The notes under the pieces were generated by a model. That model saw nothing but the letters and a program-made list of their open reading frames with translations, was not told the DNA's origin and did not search any database. A stretch of 60,000 nt of DNA from Lama glama. Its lineage: Eukaryota. The stretch lies in NCBI GenBank assembly GCA_028534125.1, contig CM052817.1, positions 26,972,001 through 27,032,000 on the forward strand, written 5' to 3'. The translations under genes and the position numbers were made by a program. The first letter of the stretch is position 1; every line of letters starts with the position of its first letter. This document shows positions 1 through 12,770 of this stretch, piece by piece.

Positions 1-85
1 GTGGGGCTAAATCAGACCTGAGGGCCTTGGTAAGGAGTTTAGACCGTTCCCTGAGAGTGGTGAGAAGCCACTGAACGATATGTAG
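1..85 (-). mobile_element. L2 LINE fragment
   Basis: gggccttggtaaggagtttaga...gaagccactgaa resembles the antisense L2 3' region. Confidence 0.55.
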
Positions 86-609
86 ATGGGTGGCATGGTC
101 CCATGGAAGACCCAGGGTGCTAAATAGATACACTTGTTTGAGCAGGTAGGGGTAGGGAGGAGGCTGAGAGCAGAGGGGAAGCAAGATGGGGAAGAACATT
201 TAGGATGTTTCTACCCCATCTGGTATCTTGAAATTTTGAATCGCAGCTAACGTGGCCTTTCTGCCTGAGGAAAGATGAGCCTCATGCCATCTAAAGCTTC
301 TTAGAACTCAGGTTGTAATGAGAACTCACAGCGGTAAGACTTGATATCCACCTTTTAGCCATTTAACCATCAATTTATACCTATTTATATGTAGAGAGAG
401 AAATCAAAGCATGTGACCCTAAAGGTGAAACATTTTTTGTTCATTTGCTTTTTATAGACATTGGAATTTATAAAGTATCACTTTATATGTATATGTATAT
501 GATATGGGGAGCAGAAGACACCTTGGAAATACTGTAATTAATTATCTTCTCTATTTAATGAATGACTTATTTCCAAGATACAGACTCAAAATGGGGACAC
601 AATTAATTT

Positions 610-1137
610 TAATCACTCAGTACCCATATCCTGCTCCATTTTTGCTGATAGAATTTGGATTTAATTCAGGGTGGCATGGCAATCTGCCTCAGACAGTAGG
701 TTGTAATGGTCTAAGCCAACACGCAGGTCCTGACCCATGTCTTTGGAGCATTCCTTATGGCTAGTGTGGCCATGTTGCCTAGCCCTGGCTGGTGAGATCT
801 GAGAATAAGTCCACTGGGGTGGGGGTAGAGTTTCTGAGAAAGCATTTATTGTCCTGATAAAACCTGAGAAATGAGTCTGTCAGTGCCCTTCATTGCTTTC
901 CCCTACTTTCTGCCTTGAATGCTGATGAGATGTATGAGTGCCCAGCAGCCCTCATGGCACCATGAGGTGACAAGCAGAAAGGAAAAGCCAAGAGCATCAT
1001 GGAGATACCTTCCCTGACATTGTTCCTGTCAAACCAACACGAGCAGCCCTGAGCCTTCCCACTCGTTCCTATTTGTTGAGTCCACTGTTTGTTCTGGTTT
1101 CTGATACTGAGAGGTGAGTGCAATGCTAACTGAAACA
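610..1137 (+). mobile_element. MaLR solo LTR (MLT1J/K/L-like)
   Basis: ctgccttgaatgctga, gcagccctcatggcaccatgagg, ggaaaagccaaga motifs; ends ctaactgaaaca like MLT1 3' ends. Confidence 0.7.
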
Positions 1138-1840
1138 AATTCGAAGAGTCGGTGTTATGAGCCTTGTCCTGTGTGCTGCGATGGCCTTCTAAATGTTCCT
1201 TGGTATTCAGTATGACCTTTAACCTGTGTGAAAACAGTATCTGAGAAGGAAATTCTAACTTGCATTAAAAGTTGTTCACAGTTGAAAGTGATGAGTTGTG
1301 GACTTAGAAATACAATTTTCGAAATAAATGAACTCGTCTGCGTGAACCTGCTGTAGCAAGTACCGTGGAGCCATACTTCATGGCCAGTATCTTTCTTATG
1401 GCCTTTTTTATGATAGCCTTAGTCAGTGTTCTACTGAACTACACTGTATATATTTATGGCTTTATAGGAAACTGTAACAGTACCAAAGGTAATGGCATAA
1501 ATAGTCTGACTTCTTAAAAATGTGAAGCTCCAACAGACCTTATTGGATTTCAGGGTAATGGTGTTATTAAATTTTCTGCTTCTTTTCAAACTTTTTTGTG
1601 GCTGAGTTCCACCCTGGCAGTTTTGAGAAATTTGGGGGATGGTTCTGTATTTTTTTGGAAAAAAAATTATCCTGGAATTCTCGATTGCTGAATTGAGGGA
1701 GAGGGGAAATAATTTGGATTTTTTTTTTAACCATCTTGGCTTTGAGTATAGCACTCCGTACATTGTTTTCTATGTGGAAAGTAGAAATGGCTCTGTGGTA
1801 AGCACTATGGGGATAATATAAGGTATAAAATAAAATTGTC

Positions 1841-2130
1841 TTTTTTTTTAATTGAGTTATAGTCAGTTTACAATGTTGTGTCAATTTCCAGTGTAAAGCA
1901 CAATTTTTCAGTTATACATGAACATACATGCATTCATTGTCACATTCTTTTTCACTGTGAGCTACCACAAGATCTTGTATATATTTCCCTGTGCTATACA
2001 GTATAATCTTGTTTATCTGTTCTATGTATGCCTGTCAGTATCTACAAATTTTGAGCTCACAATCTGTCCCTTCCCACCCCTCTTCCCCCGGCAACCACAA
2101 GTTTGTATTCTATGTCTATGAGTCTGTTTC
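1841..2130 (-). mobile_element. Young lineage-specific L1 3' end (camelid-type), cut by a gap
   Basis: poly-T then aattgagttatagtcagtttacaatgttgtgtcaattt...ggcaaccacaagtttgtattctatgtctatgagtctgtttc; reverse complement resembles the L1 3' end at 18020-18305. Confidence 0.9.
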
Positions 2131-2230
2131 NNNNNNNNNNNNNNNNNNNNNNNNNNNNNNNNNNNNNNNNNNNNNNNNNNNNNNNNNNNNNNNNNNNNNN
2201 NNNNNNNNNNNNNNNNNNNNNNNNNNNNNN
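2131..2230. other. Assembly gap (100 N)
   Basis: run of N. Confidence 1.
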
Positions 2231-2679
2231 GAAAAAAAGGCACTGTAAATCACAGGGTCATCAAATTATAAAGAGAAAGGAATTTTAGACGTCATCTAGT
2301 AACATCTCACTTTTTTCATAACCATAGAACTTGAGACCTAGAATAATTAGTCATTCATTAAAATATAAAAATACATGTGGTTACCCTATGCACCCTCTTC
2401 TTTAGTGAAAGATTTTTCCAAAGGAACAAGGAAACATTGTTTATATAACTCAAGGGCCCTCACAAGAAAGCTTTATAAGCCATCTGTTCTGACTGCTTCA
2501 TTTTACAAATAGGAAACTGAAGCCCAGAAAGGACAAAGGTTATTTCTTTGATGTGGACCAGAAAGTAGCTCTTGAGCAGGTAAAGGCAGCACCAAAAAAC
2601 CTAGATACGTTAACATCTTCAGTGCTGTCTGCTGGAATCCAGATGGCAGATGGATGACCTTGAGCGGGTCAGTATTTGA

Positions 2680-2965
2680 GCTCATCCTTGAACACTGGTG
2701 AGGGTTTGGCAGGCACTGGCAGGAGGCAGGGTATCCCAGGCAGAGCCACTGGTCGGAGCCTGGGAGTAGGACAGTTTCAGACAGTTCAAAAGAGAGTGCA
2801 GAGCCTAGTCTGGTGCCCCTTTGGGATCAGGTGGTAGAGGAAGGGCTTATGTCCATAGAGATTAGGGACAAGTTCAGGTCTGTTTGGGCCAGTGCATGGA
2901 GGGCCTTGAGAGCCCATCAGTGGAGTAGGGATTTTATTTGGCAGCCAACAGGGTGCTCTTAAAAG
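2680..2965 (-). mobile_element. L2 fragment
   Basis: atttgagctcatccttgaa...ggccagtgcatggagggccttgag...ggattttatttg, antisense L2 pattern. Confidence 0.55.
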
Positions 2966-2984
2966 AACAATGATGGCGATGATA

Positions 2985-3200
2985 GCTAACATGCAGCACT
3001 GACTGCACTACCATCGCCACCATTCTAAGTGTCTCATGTGTGCTCACCTGTTTAATTTCCATGACAAGTCTTTCTCTGATACAGGTATTCTCACCTCATT
3101 TTACAGTTGGGGTAACAGGCACAGAGAGGTTAGATGACTTAGCTGAGAAGACATAGGAAGTTATGGAGACAGGATTCAAACCCAGGTCTGGCCCTAGAGT
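2985..3200 (-). mobile_element. MIR SINE
   Basis: ctcattttacagttggggtaacaggcacagagaggttagatgacttagc...ggattcaaacccaggtctg is the antisense MIR core. Confidence 0.85.
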
Positions 3201-4219
3201 CCCATTTTCAATGGTCCAGAGTGTGGCATGGAGGTGATGAAGGTGATGGGTTCTCTTAGGAAGCTGAATCTGTAGGAGGGTGCAGGAGGATTGGAGTGAG
3301 GGCAGAAGGGCGACCAGGAGGTGATTAAAGACCTCCAGGAGAGTAATAAGAGCTTGGCCTAAGTGACGGCCGTGGAAGTGAAAGGAGAATATAGATGGGT
3401 TAGTGGTGCCAGGTCCCCAGTTGCATATGGGGACCGGGAAGGGACAGAGTCAGGAATAACTGAGACGTCACTTGGATGCCTGCCTAACTGGATTAGGGAA
3501 GTTTGATGGGAAGGTGGTGATTTATTTTGACAGAGCCCTCTTTTCTCACTAGCTTTTAATCTGAGAAAGCTGTCTGGGAAAAAGATCCACGTCAGTGCGT
3601 CCTAACAGATTTCTGAGTTGGTGGACCCTTTCCAGCTCATCTGTCTTGGCGTGGTGTTGGGCCACAGTAGACCTGAACAATTTTTTTTAAGACACTTTGT
3701 GGCTTTCACAGTTCTAAGACCGCTGTCCTCTTGCCAGCTTAAGAATACTGAGTGTGAGAGCAGGAGGGGTGGTGGGTGTGGTTCTGCATCTGGGAGTTGC
3801 CTTTGTTTCAGCTTCCCTGGCTGTGACTCTTGCCTTCCGCTTCCTCCTGCCCACCCTTGGGTTTGGACGAGGAGGGCCGATTGTGGCTGGAGATAGAGGA
3901 GGATGTGGTGTTCCTTTGTGAGTGGACATCCTGTGTTGAGAGGAACGCCCTCTTCCGATGGCCTCCGCCCGCCCGCGGGTCAGGGCTGAGAGCCGTGTTC
4001 TTCTCTCCTGCTGCCTCTTAGAAAGGCAATCTTGGCTGGGCAGGTCTTCCCTGAGACCTCTAAATGCAGGTCCAGATCAAGGCCCAAGAAAGGAAAGCAA
4101 TTGTTGCAAGATTGGTAGCTGATACCTTGTGGCAAAAAAAATCTTGAAGCAGATGAGAGAACTTGGAAATGACCACTTGGGTTTATGTTTCATTGCCATC
4201 CTGCAGTCTGGGGTTTCCC

Positions 4220-4322
4220 ATCTCCCTCTCCACTTCTTCCTCTCCTCCCTCCCTCTCTTCCTTCTCCGATCCTTCCTTCCATCATTTCTTTTTCCTCTGT
4301 CTCTCTTTTTATTCCCCCTCCT
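4220..4322. repeat. CT-rich low-complexity tract
   Basis: nearly pure C/T for about 100 nt. Confidence 0.85.
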
Positions 4323-4944
4323 TAATCAGCGAAGTTGCTAATTGTGCAGGGTCGGTAAATGTAGCTGCACACATTTTTGTCTTTGATTTTGATTTTCCGT
4401 CTTGATTTCTAAGGAAGAGTAACAAGGCAAGTCTCATAAGCATTGGTTGCATGTGGAATTTGTACAACTCACACTGTTCTAGGTGGGGCTACATGGGGAA
4501 GATGAAGGGACTAGAAGACTGGGCCAGCCCCATCCTCAAGCCCCTTAAAAGCCATTGGAAAGACAGTGTGCACATGGGGGTTCAAATTCTGGTCCAGTCC
4601 CTAGCAGAAGGTCCATGCATGAGTTCTCTTGTCTGTCATCTGTGAGATGAAGGAGGTGATGTTTGCTTCGGTGGGGTGTTGTGACACACAGATGAGACAG
4701 CATGTCTGGAAGAATACTGAGCACTTATCTGCCTGTTCTCATCTAATTAACAATTTCTGTACCTTAGGATGATCCCAGAAATACTAGAGGGAAAAAGGGG
4801 GAATCGGAATAGTGTGTTAAATTGCTTTATGCCTTGTAACCATGTTGTTATTATTTAAATTAAAATTATTGTTAAAATAATACCCTTTTTATTTTTGAAG
4901 ATGAGAGAACTGAAGTTCAGAGAGGTTGAAAACAAAATAGCATC

Positions 4945-5125
4945 ACCACCTGCTGGATGTGTGACTGGGGCAATTAATCAGTATCTCACTTTCTGTTACC
5001 TCATCTATAAAATGGGGATAGGAGTAATTCCTTCCTCGTAGGGTGGTTATAAGGATTGAAATGGTTTATGTATAAAGCCTTGAGGCAACACCCGGCAAAC
5101 AGTTGATGTGATAGAAGTATTAGAA
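4945..5125 (+). mobile_element. MIR SINE
   Basis: gtgtgactggggcaa...cctcatctataaaatggggatagg...gggtggttataaggattgaaatg. Confidence 0.75.
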
Positions 5126-5529
5126 ATTACTCCTATTCAGACAATTTCCAAACCTCTTCGAAGCCACTAGATGGTGGAATCAGGATTGATTCATATGCAT
5201 GCTGTGTTGAAATGGTAGTTAACTACAGTTTTTGAGATGTAGAGTGGATTTGGTTTTCACGGAGAAGGATTGGGAGAAGTCCAAAGTGGGGAGGGGAAAG
5301 GATTTCAGGAACGTGGGGAGACTGGGAGAGCTCCAGAGATAATTAGGAGACAGATCAGAGGGAAGGTTCTGTGTTGCTCTTGTTAGGCGGCTGAAGAGAA
5401 GCCCTTTCCTGACTGCCTGGTTGTGACCCTCACCTTCTCCTGGAAACAGTAGGTGATCGATCGCTAAGCTCTGCACATGAATCTTTGGAGTGGCTGTTTC
5501 ATCACTTCCTCCCTCTTTCCACTCCCTGG

Positions 5530-5780
5530 AAGAGGCAGTTGGGTAGAATATAAACTAAGTATTCTTCAATCAGTAGACCAAGTTTGGAGCCTGGGCCCTG
5601 CAAGTTAACAGCTGCCTGATGTTTCGCAAGTTTCTTAGCCTCACTCTCGCTGCTCTGTGTCCTGCTTGTGAAACCAGGAACTTAATGGTGCCTGCCTCCC
5701 AGGGCTTGTGAGACCTAAGAAAGCTTGTGCACACCGTGTATGCTTAGCCTTCAACAGTTGTTCGTTAGTAAATGTTATCC
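5530..5780 (+). mobile_element. MIR SINE
   Basis: gcaagtttcttagcctc...gtgcctgcctcccagggcttgtgag...agtaaatgttat. Confidence 0.65.
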
Positions 5781-7289
5781 AGGGCTTAATATTATCCCTT
5801 GAGCTTTGGTTAGAAAATCAGGCTCTGTAGGCAAGCCGTACGTGGTGACATTTGGGGCAGAGCTTGTTTGGACGAATCCCAGCTGAATCACAGAAGACCC
5901 TTGACTCTTATCACTGTCTCTGTCTGATACGGAATCTTGAGTTGCTTTTGAGGTATACCTTTATCTGCCCCTCTCTTCCCTCAAGAAAGTGTCTTAGAGC
6001 TCAGAGGAGAACAGAAATGGACAGAGTCCCTTTCTTCTTTTGGGTTCAGAATACTTGAGCCCTCATTTCCATTCCTCCAGTTTCTAATTCACCACACACA
6101 GCACAACGGGACTTTTATATCTATTAATGAAACAAAATTCCATTGTCAACTAATAATTTTGCACTTGTAGTCTTTGTTAGGGATTTTTCTCATTACCTCC
6201 TTTGTTCTCACTACCAAGATAGAATAGGGGGAGCATAATGGGTTTCTCAAAGAAAAATTAACAGGGGAACTAGACTACTCAGAATCACACATGTCACATC
6301 CCATGTATCCTGACTCCCTGTTCCAGTGCTGTTTTCACAAGACTGCAGTCCCCCCGTCCTTCCCTCCTGACTCTGTAACAGGGCCGGGCGGGGTGTTCCA
6401 CGCTGTTGAGGGGGCAGTTAACCCTCACGATGCCCCACCGCCTTCTGATGCAGGCATTACCAAATGACCTGTATCAGCTCCTTGGGGAACTTGAAATCCT
6501 TTCTTCAAAAACTCATGCCATCTACTTCAGATGAAATCATTTTCCTTGGCCAATTTAACAAGATCCTTGGTCTTTCATTTCCTTTAATTATCTTGTTTAA
6601 AAAAAAGAAGGAACTGGAGAAGACCATCTGCTTTATGAGGCAGTTCATCTCTTGTGTTTTCTCTAATAGATATATGAAGGCCCAGTTAAGCAAATTAAGG
6701 CTTCATCTCATTCTTGTTTGGGATTGTTGTGCTTGGTGCTTTGCTGTCACTGCCATCGGCATTTCTCGGGTGTATATTTGGGATGTCTTGGACTGTAGAT
6801 TTATGGGAAGATGTTATCTTTGTTGCAGGCGCTGTGAGCCATTTCCCATATAGTGCCAAATGATCACAACAGGGTTCTTTGCTTTTTTAATCCCTTCCTC
6901 TCACCACGAGAAGTCCTATTAACATGTTTTCTGAGCTGCAGAGTAAAATCTGTCAAATATAGCATGGAAAGCAGATGGGTGGTGACTATCTTCCTTTTCA
7001 CAAACTAAACGCATCTCCTTTAGTAAAACTTAGCCTTAGCCCAGTTTTAACTTTTGCTTTCAGTATGAAAATGCTTCATACTCATTATAAAAATTTACAC
7101 AAATCAGCAACATGTGAGACATGAGAAGACACTTTTCTAAATCCTGCCACGCAGAGATTGCTGCTGTTAACATTCTGATGAATTTGTCTATTCATTCCTT
7201 TATGAACTGTTTATTCACTTTGCCAGTGTTCTGTACTTGCATGAAAGTTTATAAAGGTGCAGAACACTAACAAGATTAAATCCCACACA

Positions 7290-9150
7290 GACTTAGTATT
7301 AAAAAGAAAAAAAGGAACACAGTAATATCCTTATAGACAATGAAAACATGCCAAAAGGAGATGCTTAAAAAAATAAAGCTGTAATATATTATTTCAAAAG
7401 AAACTAAAAGAGAATATTAAAGAATTATACAAGACATGAAAGAGCAGCACACATCTGAGACAAGATGACAGAACAATTAGAAGTTTTTAAAAAGTCATTT
7501 TAGAAATTCTAAGTTAGATGGAACACAAAACCAAATAATTACCACAAACACTGCCCTAAGAGAAATAGAGGGTGAAAAGGAGAAAAAAGTTAAAAACAGA
7601 AAGGAAATGAAGAAAAAAATAAACTTTGGGAAAAGGTGACAAATATTGAAAATATGAAAAGAAGATGGAATATACCATGATAGGAAAAGAAAACCAAAGC
7701 AAGGAAACAGTACAAATACTATATTTCCAGAAAATTTTCCTGGAAAGAAAAAAGATTTGAAACTACATTTTTAAGTGGACAAATTTTATATTTTAGTATA
7801 TTAACCTAGAACAACCAATGCCAAGATATTCCAGTAAAATTACTGGATAAAAAAGAAGAAGGGGAGGAGGGGAAGGGGAAGGAGAATGATCCTCTTTTGG
7901 ACCTCTAGACAAAAAGAAAAACAGCAACAAAAGAATTAGATTGTTCTCAGACCTTCTGACAGAAATTCTTTATGTCAGAGGAAAATGGAATAACATATTT
8001 AAAGTCCTCAAAGAAAAGAAAATGTGAGCCTCTTCTTTTTATGTCTTAACAAAATTGATCCAGAATATAAAGAACACCAACTATATTAACATGCAAGAAG
8101 TGAGAGGAGGAAATATTGTTCCTATGAACTCTTCCTAAGGAATCTCCTAACGAGTCAGCTTTAAACTACAAAAACAGCTGGAGAGATCAAAGATGAGCCT
8201 GGATATCTCAAGATAATAGCTTACAAGGGAGCGATCAAAGACTGTCAAAAGGACTCAGGAGCCAACTTGAAGAGGCTTCTACTGGCATGGGACAATTAGA
8301 GCTTCAAAAATAAGAATTGCAAATATGTTTAAATCCATGAGGGTTGATGATAAGAAAAAAAAATTACTGATTACCTGAGATTAATGGAAAACCAATTTCA
8401 TTGTCCTGAACGTAGTCAGGAAGGAACCAAATATTTATCCTGCCTTTCTTACATGAACTGATCACTGGTTAACCAAGTAGTAGATGAAGGGAGGTACCTC
8501 CTAAAATTTTTTCCACTCAGTCAATGAAATGAAATGAGAGAATTAGATGATCATTATTTTGCAACTTCAGTTGATTTAATGGATCCAAGCACTGAGCGAC
8601 AATGGCTTCTAACATTACAAACCGATGAAAACCAGATATCATATGCTTCCTGATGAAAGATCACACCACCAAATGGATTGAATCTGTTTTTTTCAAGCTT
8701 CTGAATCCAGCTGCCAAGTTGCAGGAAATTTGGCAAGTATAGATCCACCTGCACCATGAATATGCAGGCAGTGAAATTCATACTGTGGAAACTCCATAGC
8801 TCAGATGGTCTAGATTCTTTAAGGAATAAACTGTAAGATAAAGAAAAGGATGAAGGGGGACATAGAGTAAGTGTAACTTAAAATATGTATCAATTTTTAA
8901 AAAATAGATAAGCATTAACTGTATTGACCAGGGTTGTACACTTGGGTAATGATATTATAAAGAAGCATAAGGAAGTAAATCCTGTAGGTTTAAGGCAGTT
9001 TGTTTACTTTCAGGGGAAAGGAGGGCGTTCATAGAGGGCATTCTGAGATGCTCTGGCTGGTAGTTATAAGAGTGTTTTCTTTATAATAATTAATAAGCTA
9101 TTTGTTTTGTGTGATTTCCTAAATTTTATTTTACCATAAAAATATTTTAA
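7290..9150 (+). mobile_element. Ancient L1 remnants (ORF1/HAL1-like part followed by L1MC-like 3' UTR)
   Basis: A-rich; gaaaattttcctggaaa...gatttgaaactaca, then ggactcaggagccaacttgaagaggct and ccagatatcatatgcttcctgatg, typical of old L1M 3' UTRs. Confidence 0.7.
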
Positions 9151-9725
9151 AATGTATGAATGACACTATGCATACTGCCTTTATTCCAACTTTTTATTAT
9201 GATTTTCAAACATACAGAAAAGTTTGGAAGCACTGTGTATGAAATGCCAGTACACTCATCATATTGTTTTATTGCTGGTTTTTGATTCAATATTTAGTAG
9301 AGATTTTTTTTTTGTAACTAAATGTAGGAACATCATCACTTTTAAATGATGCATAGTATTCCATTGTATAAATGTGATACTTCATTTAAATCAGTTTCCC
9401 GTTTGTTGATGGACATTTAACTTGTTCCCAGTAGAAATAATGGTGCTCATATGTCCTTATGACAAATTCCTAAAATTTAGTGTCACAGAGTGTTCTGATA
9501 TGCAAAGTGTAAATGGATGTGTGCTGTGAATGAACAATTGTGGAGACAAAGTTGCAGTCTATATTGATCAAGACAGCCCTGTGTGACTGAGGGAGGACAT
9601 AAATCTGCAAGAAAGAACTTGATTCCTGGAAGCAGGATCCTCACATAGCATCATATCTCTCCTGGATCAATTCAGGTTTTATTCCAATGGCTCTTCTGTT
9701 ATCTCATTTTGGTTGTTGTGGGTAT

Positions 9726-10210
9726 AGTTAGTATAATTATTTCTCTGTTGCCACAGTAATACTGTGTAATGATGAACCACCCAAAAATTTAGTAGCTTAA
9801 ACGATAGCCATTAGTTTCTATGGGATGGCTGAGTGATTCTTACTGTCTCTGCTGGGCTCACTCATGTGCTTACAGTCAGCCGCAGGTATAGCGTGCAGAT
9901 CTTTGCAGGGCTCTCCCACATGTCTTGACGGTTGGCTGGCTTAGGCTGGTCTAAGTGGCTTTGGCCAAGAGGACTCAGCTATTCTACCCAAGTCTCCATC
10001 ATCCTTCCAGCAGGCCAGCCTGGGCATGCTCTTGTGGCAGCAGAGTGGTACAGATCATATCTTTTTCAGGGCGCTGGAAATGGGCCACGCTTTTTGAGCT
10101 TCTCTACCATCCCATTTGCTAACCTCCTGTTGACCAAAGCAAGTGGCATAGCTAGGCCAGAGTCAGTGAGAAGGGACTCAATGCAAAGTTAGAGCAGAAG
10201 GCAAGGATAC
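9726..10210 (-). mobile_element. MaLR solo LTR (MLT1G/H-like)
   Basis: aaccacccaaaaatttagtagcttaaa...ctgggctcactcatgtgcttacagtcagc...gttgaccaaagcaagtggcatagctaggccagagtcagtg. Confidence 0.8.
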
Positions 10211-10399
10211 AGAGTGGTTGATGGAGTTCATTCTCCGCAGCTATCCAGAAGCATATTTTAAACTGGCACGTCTTAGAAGCATTAACCATTGCTGTTATTT
10301 CTAAACTGCAAATACTGTGCCTTTAAAATATGAAAAATGGGAATCAAGTATATTTGTGGAGGAAGCATAAAGCTTTTGCTTCATTTAAAAAGTTTCTTG

Positions 10400-10447
10400 G
10401 TACACCAGAAATTGACACATTGTAACTGACTGTACTTCAATTGAAAA
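10400..10447 (+). mobile_element. Extremely 5'-truncated L1 (3' tip only) with 13-bp TSD
   Basis: gtacaccagaaattgacacattgtaactgactgtacttcaattgaaaa matches the L1 terminus at 18255-18305; TSD aaaaagtttcttg at 10387-10399 and 10448-10460. Confidence 0.9.
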
Positions 10448-10890
10448 AAAAAGTTTCTTGTTAAGAGTTATAAAGTTAACTCATAAATGGAAAAAAACTC
10501 TATATTTATTGTTTTGTCTTGAAAATATTTATTTCTGTTCTAGTTGTTTTTTTCCCCTGGGATATATTTCAGGAAACAGATTTTTCCATGTCTGTGCTTG
10601 TTTTTCTTTGTTCTTGGAGTTGGTTTTGAAATCTAGCTTTGAGAACATTGAATGAAGTAAAACAAAAAGCTAGAATCACAAATCAACCTCTTTTAAGTGT
10701 TTTTGCTTAAGATATAGACTTTAGAGATAGAATTAGTCCCTACACCTTTATTGCTGCAAATTTTTTGCCTCTGTTTTAAGTTGTAGAAGTGGTAACTTTA
10801 GGCTCTTCCGAAACAGAGATTCTTAACAATAGATATGCAGCATCCAGGTATGTGGATGGCAGGAAATTGTTACTAGTAATTATATCTAAA

Positions 10891-12398
10891 ATTTTTTCTA
10901 TTTATTTATTTTTTAAATGTTTTAGAATTTTTATACAATTTTTAAAAGTTATGTTCTATGTACAGTTATTACGAAATATTGGCTGTGTCCCCCATGTTGT
11001 ACAGTACATCCTTGAGCCTATCTAATACCCAGTAGTTTGTGCCTCCCCCTCCTCCACCCCTATATTGTCCTTCCCCTCCATTGGTCACCACTAGTTTGTT
11101 CTTTACATCTGTGAGTTTGCTTCTTTTTTGTTGCATTCATCAGTTTGTTGTATTTTTTAGATTCCATATAAAGTGATATCATACAGTACTTGTCTTTCTG
11201 TCTGACTTCTTTCACTTAACATAATGCCCTCCAAGTCCATCTCTGTTGTTGCAGGTGGCAAAATTTCATTCTTTTTTATGGCTCAGTAGTATTCCATTGT
11301 GTATAGATACCACATCTTCTTTATCCATTCGTGTGTTGATGGACACGTAAGTTGCTACCATATCTTGGCAATTGTAAATAATGCTGCTATGCATATTGGG
11401 GTACATGTATCTTTTCTAATTAGGGGAGGGGTTTGGATACGTACCCAGGAGTGGAATTGCTGAGTCATGGTATTTCTATTTTTAGTTTTTTAAGAAACCT
11501 CCATACAGTTTTCCACAGTGGACAAACCAGTTTACATTCCTACCAGCAGTGAAGGGGGACTCCCTTTTCTCTGCATTCTCACCAACATTTATTACTTGTG
11601 TTCTTTTTGATGATAGCCATTCTGACCTGTGTGAGGTAATATCTCATTGTGTTTTTGATTTGCATTTCCCTGATAATTTTATGATGTTGAGCATCTTTTC
11701 ATGTGCCTATTGACTACCTGTATTTCCTCTTTGGAAAAGTGTCTTTTCAGTTCTTCTGCCCATTTTTTAATCAGGTTTTTTTTTTTGATGTTGAGTTATA
11801 TGAGCTGTTTATATATGTTGGCTATTAATCCCTTATCAGTCATATCATTTGCAAATATTTTTCTCCCATTCAGTAGGTTATCTTTTCATTTTTTTGATGG
11901 TTTCCTTTGTTATGCAAAAGCTTTTAACTTTAGTTAGGTCCCAATTGTTTACTTTTGCTTATATTTTATTTACTTTAGAAGACAGATTCCCCAAAATATT
12001 GCTGTGATTTATGTCAAAGAGTGTTCTGTATTTTCCTCTAGGAATTTTATAGTATCCACGTTTACATTTAGGTCTTTAATCTATTTTGAGTTTATTTTTG
12101 TATGTCTTGTTAGAGAATGTTCTAATTTCATTCTTTTACATGTAGCTGTCCAGTTTTCCCAGCACTATTTGTTGAAGAGATCGTCTTTTCTCCACTATAT
12201 ATTCTTGTCTCCTATGTCATTAGATTAATGGACTACACATGCTTGGGTTTATTTCTGGGCTCTCTATCCTGTTCCATTGATCTATGTGTCTCTTTTTGTA
12301 CCAGTACCATGCTGTTTTGATTATTGTAGCTTTGTAATATAGTCTGAAGCCAGGGAGCATGATTCCTCCAACTCTGTTCATTCTTAAGATTGTTTTGG
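10891..12398 (-). mobile_element. 5'-truncated L1 (~1.5 kb: end of ORF2 plus 3' UTR)
   Basis: T-rich tail on the left; minus ORF 12220-12447 reads [42 protein letters not shown] (L1 ORF2). Confidence 0.95.
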
Positions 12399-12755
12399 CA
12401 GTGATTCTTAACAGCAGATATGTAGCACCCAGGTATGTGGATGTCAAGAAATTGTTAGTAGTATTATATCTACAACATTTTTTTAATCAAGTTTATCCCC
12501 ATAGAGTATTGTATGTCATACCTCTGTACTCTCTTCTCTACAGAAAAACAAAATACTGGAATAAAAATTTGCATGTACGTATACTTATTAGATACTCTTT
12601 ATTATGTATGCATTATAAAATTGCACACACTTTAATTGTTTAATGGAAAGTATTACACTAAGGCAATTTAAAAGATTTTTCAAAGTAAGTTTGAGTGTTG
12701 TCGAATTTTACATCATTTTCTGATTTTAGAACCTACCCACAGATTGAGAAACAGT
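12399..12755. mobile_element. Possible old hAT-Charlie-type DNA element, with its left end duplicated at 10814-10897
   Basis: starts cagtgattcttaac (like the cagtggttctcaac TIR); ttgagaaacag at 12744-12754 could be the opposite TIR. Confidence 0.4.
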
Positions 12756-12770
12756 TTTACACACTTACTC

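Noticed and set aside
1639..1821. Peptide YSTPYIVFY resembling the MAP2K SPYIVGFY motif
   Set aside because: No surrounding kinase residues or matching exon structure; chance similarity
6382..6418. GC-rich spot with AGGGGGCAG as a possible CTCF site or CpG island (similar spot at 3955-3995)
   Set aside because: The 5' half of the CTCF motif is absent and the stretch is far too short for a CpG island
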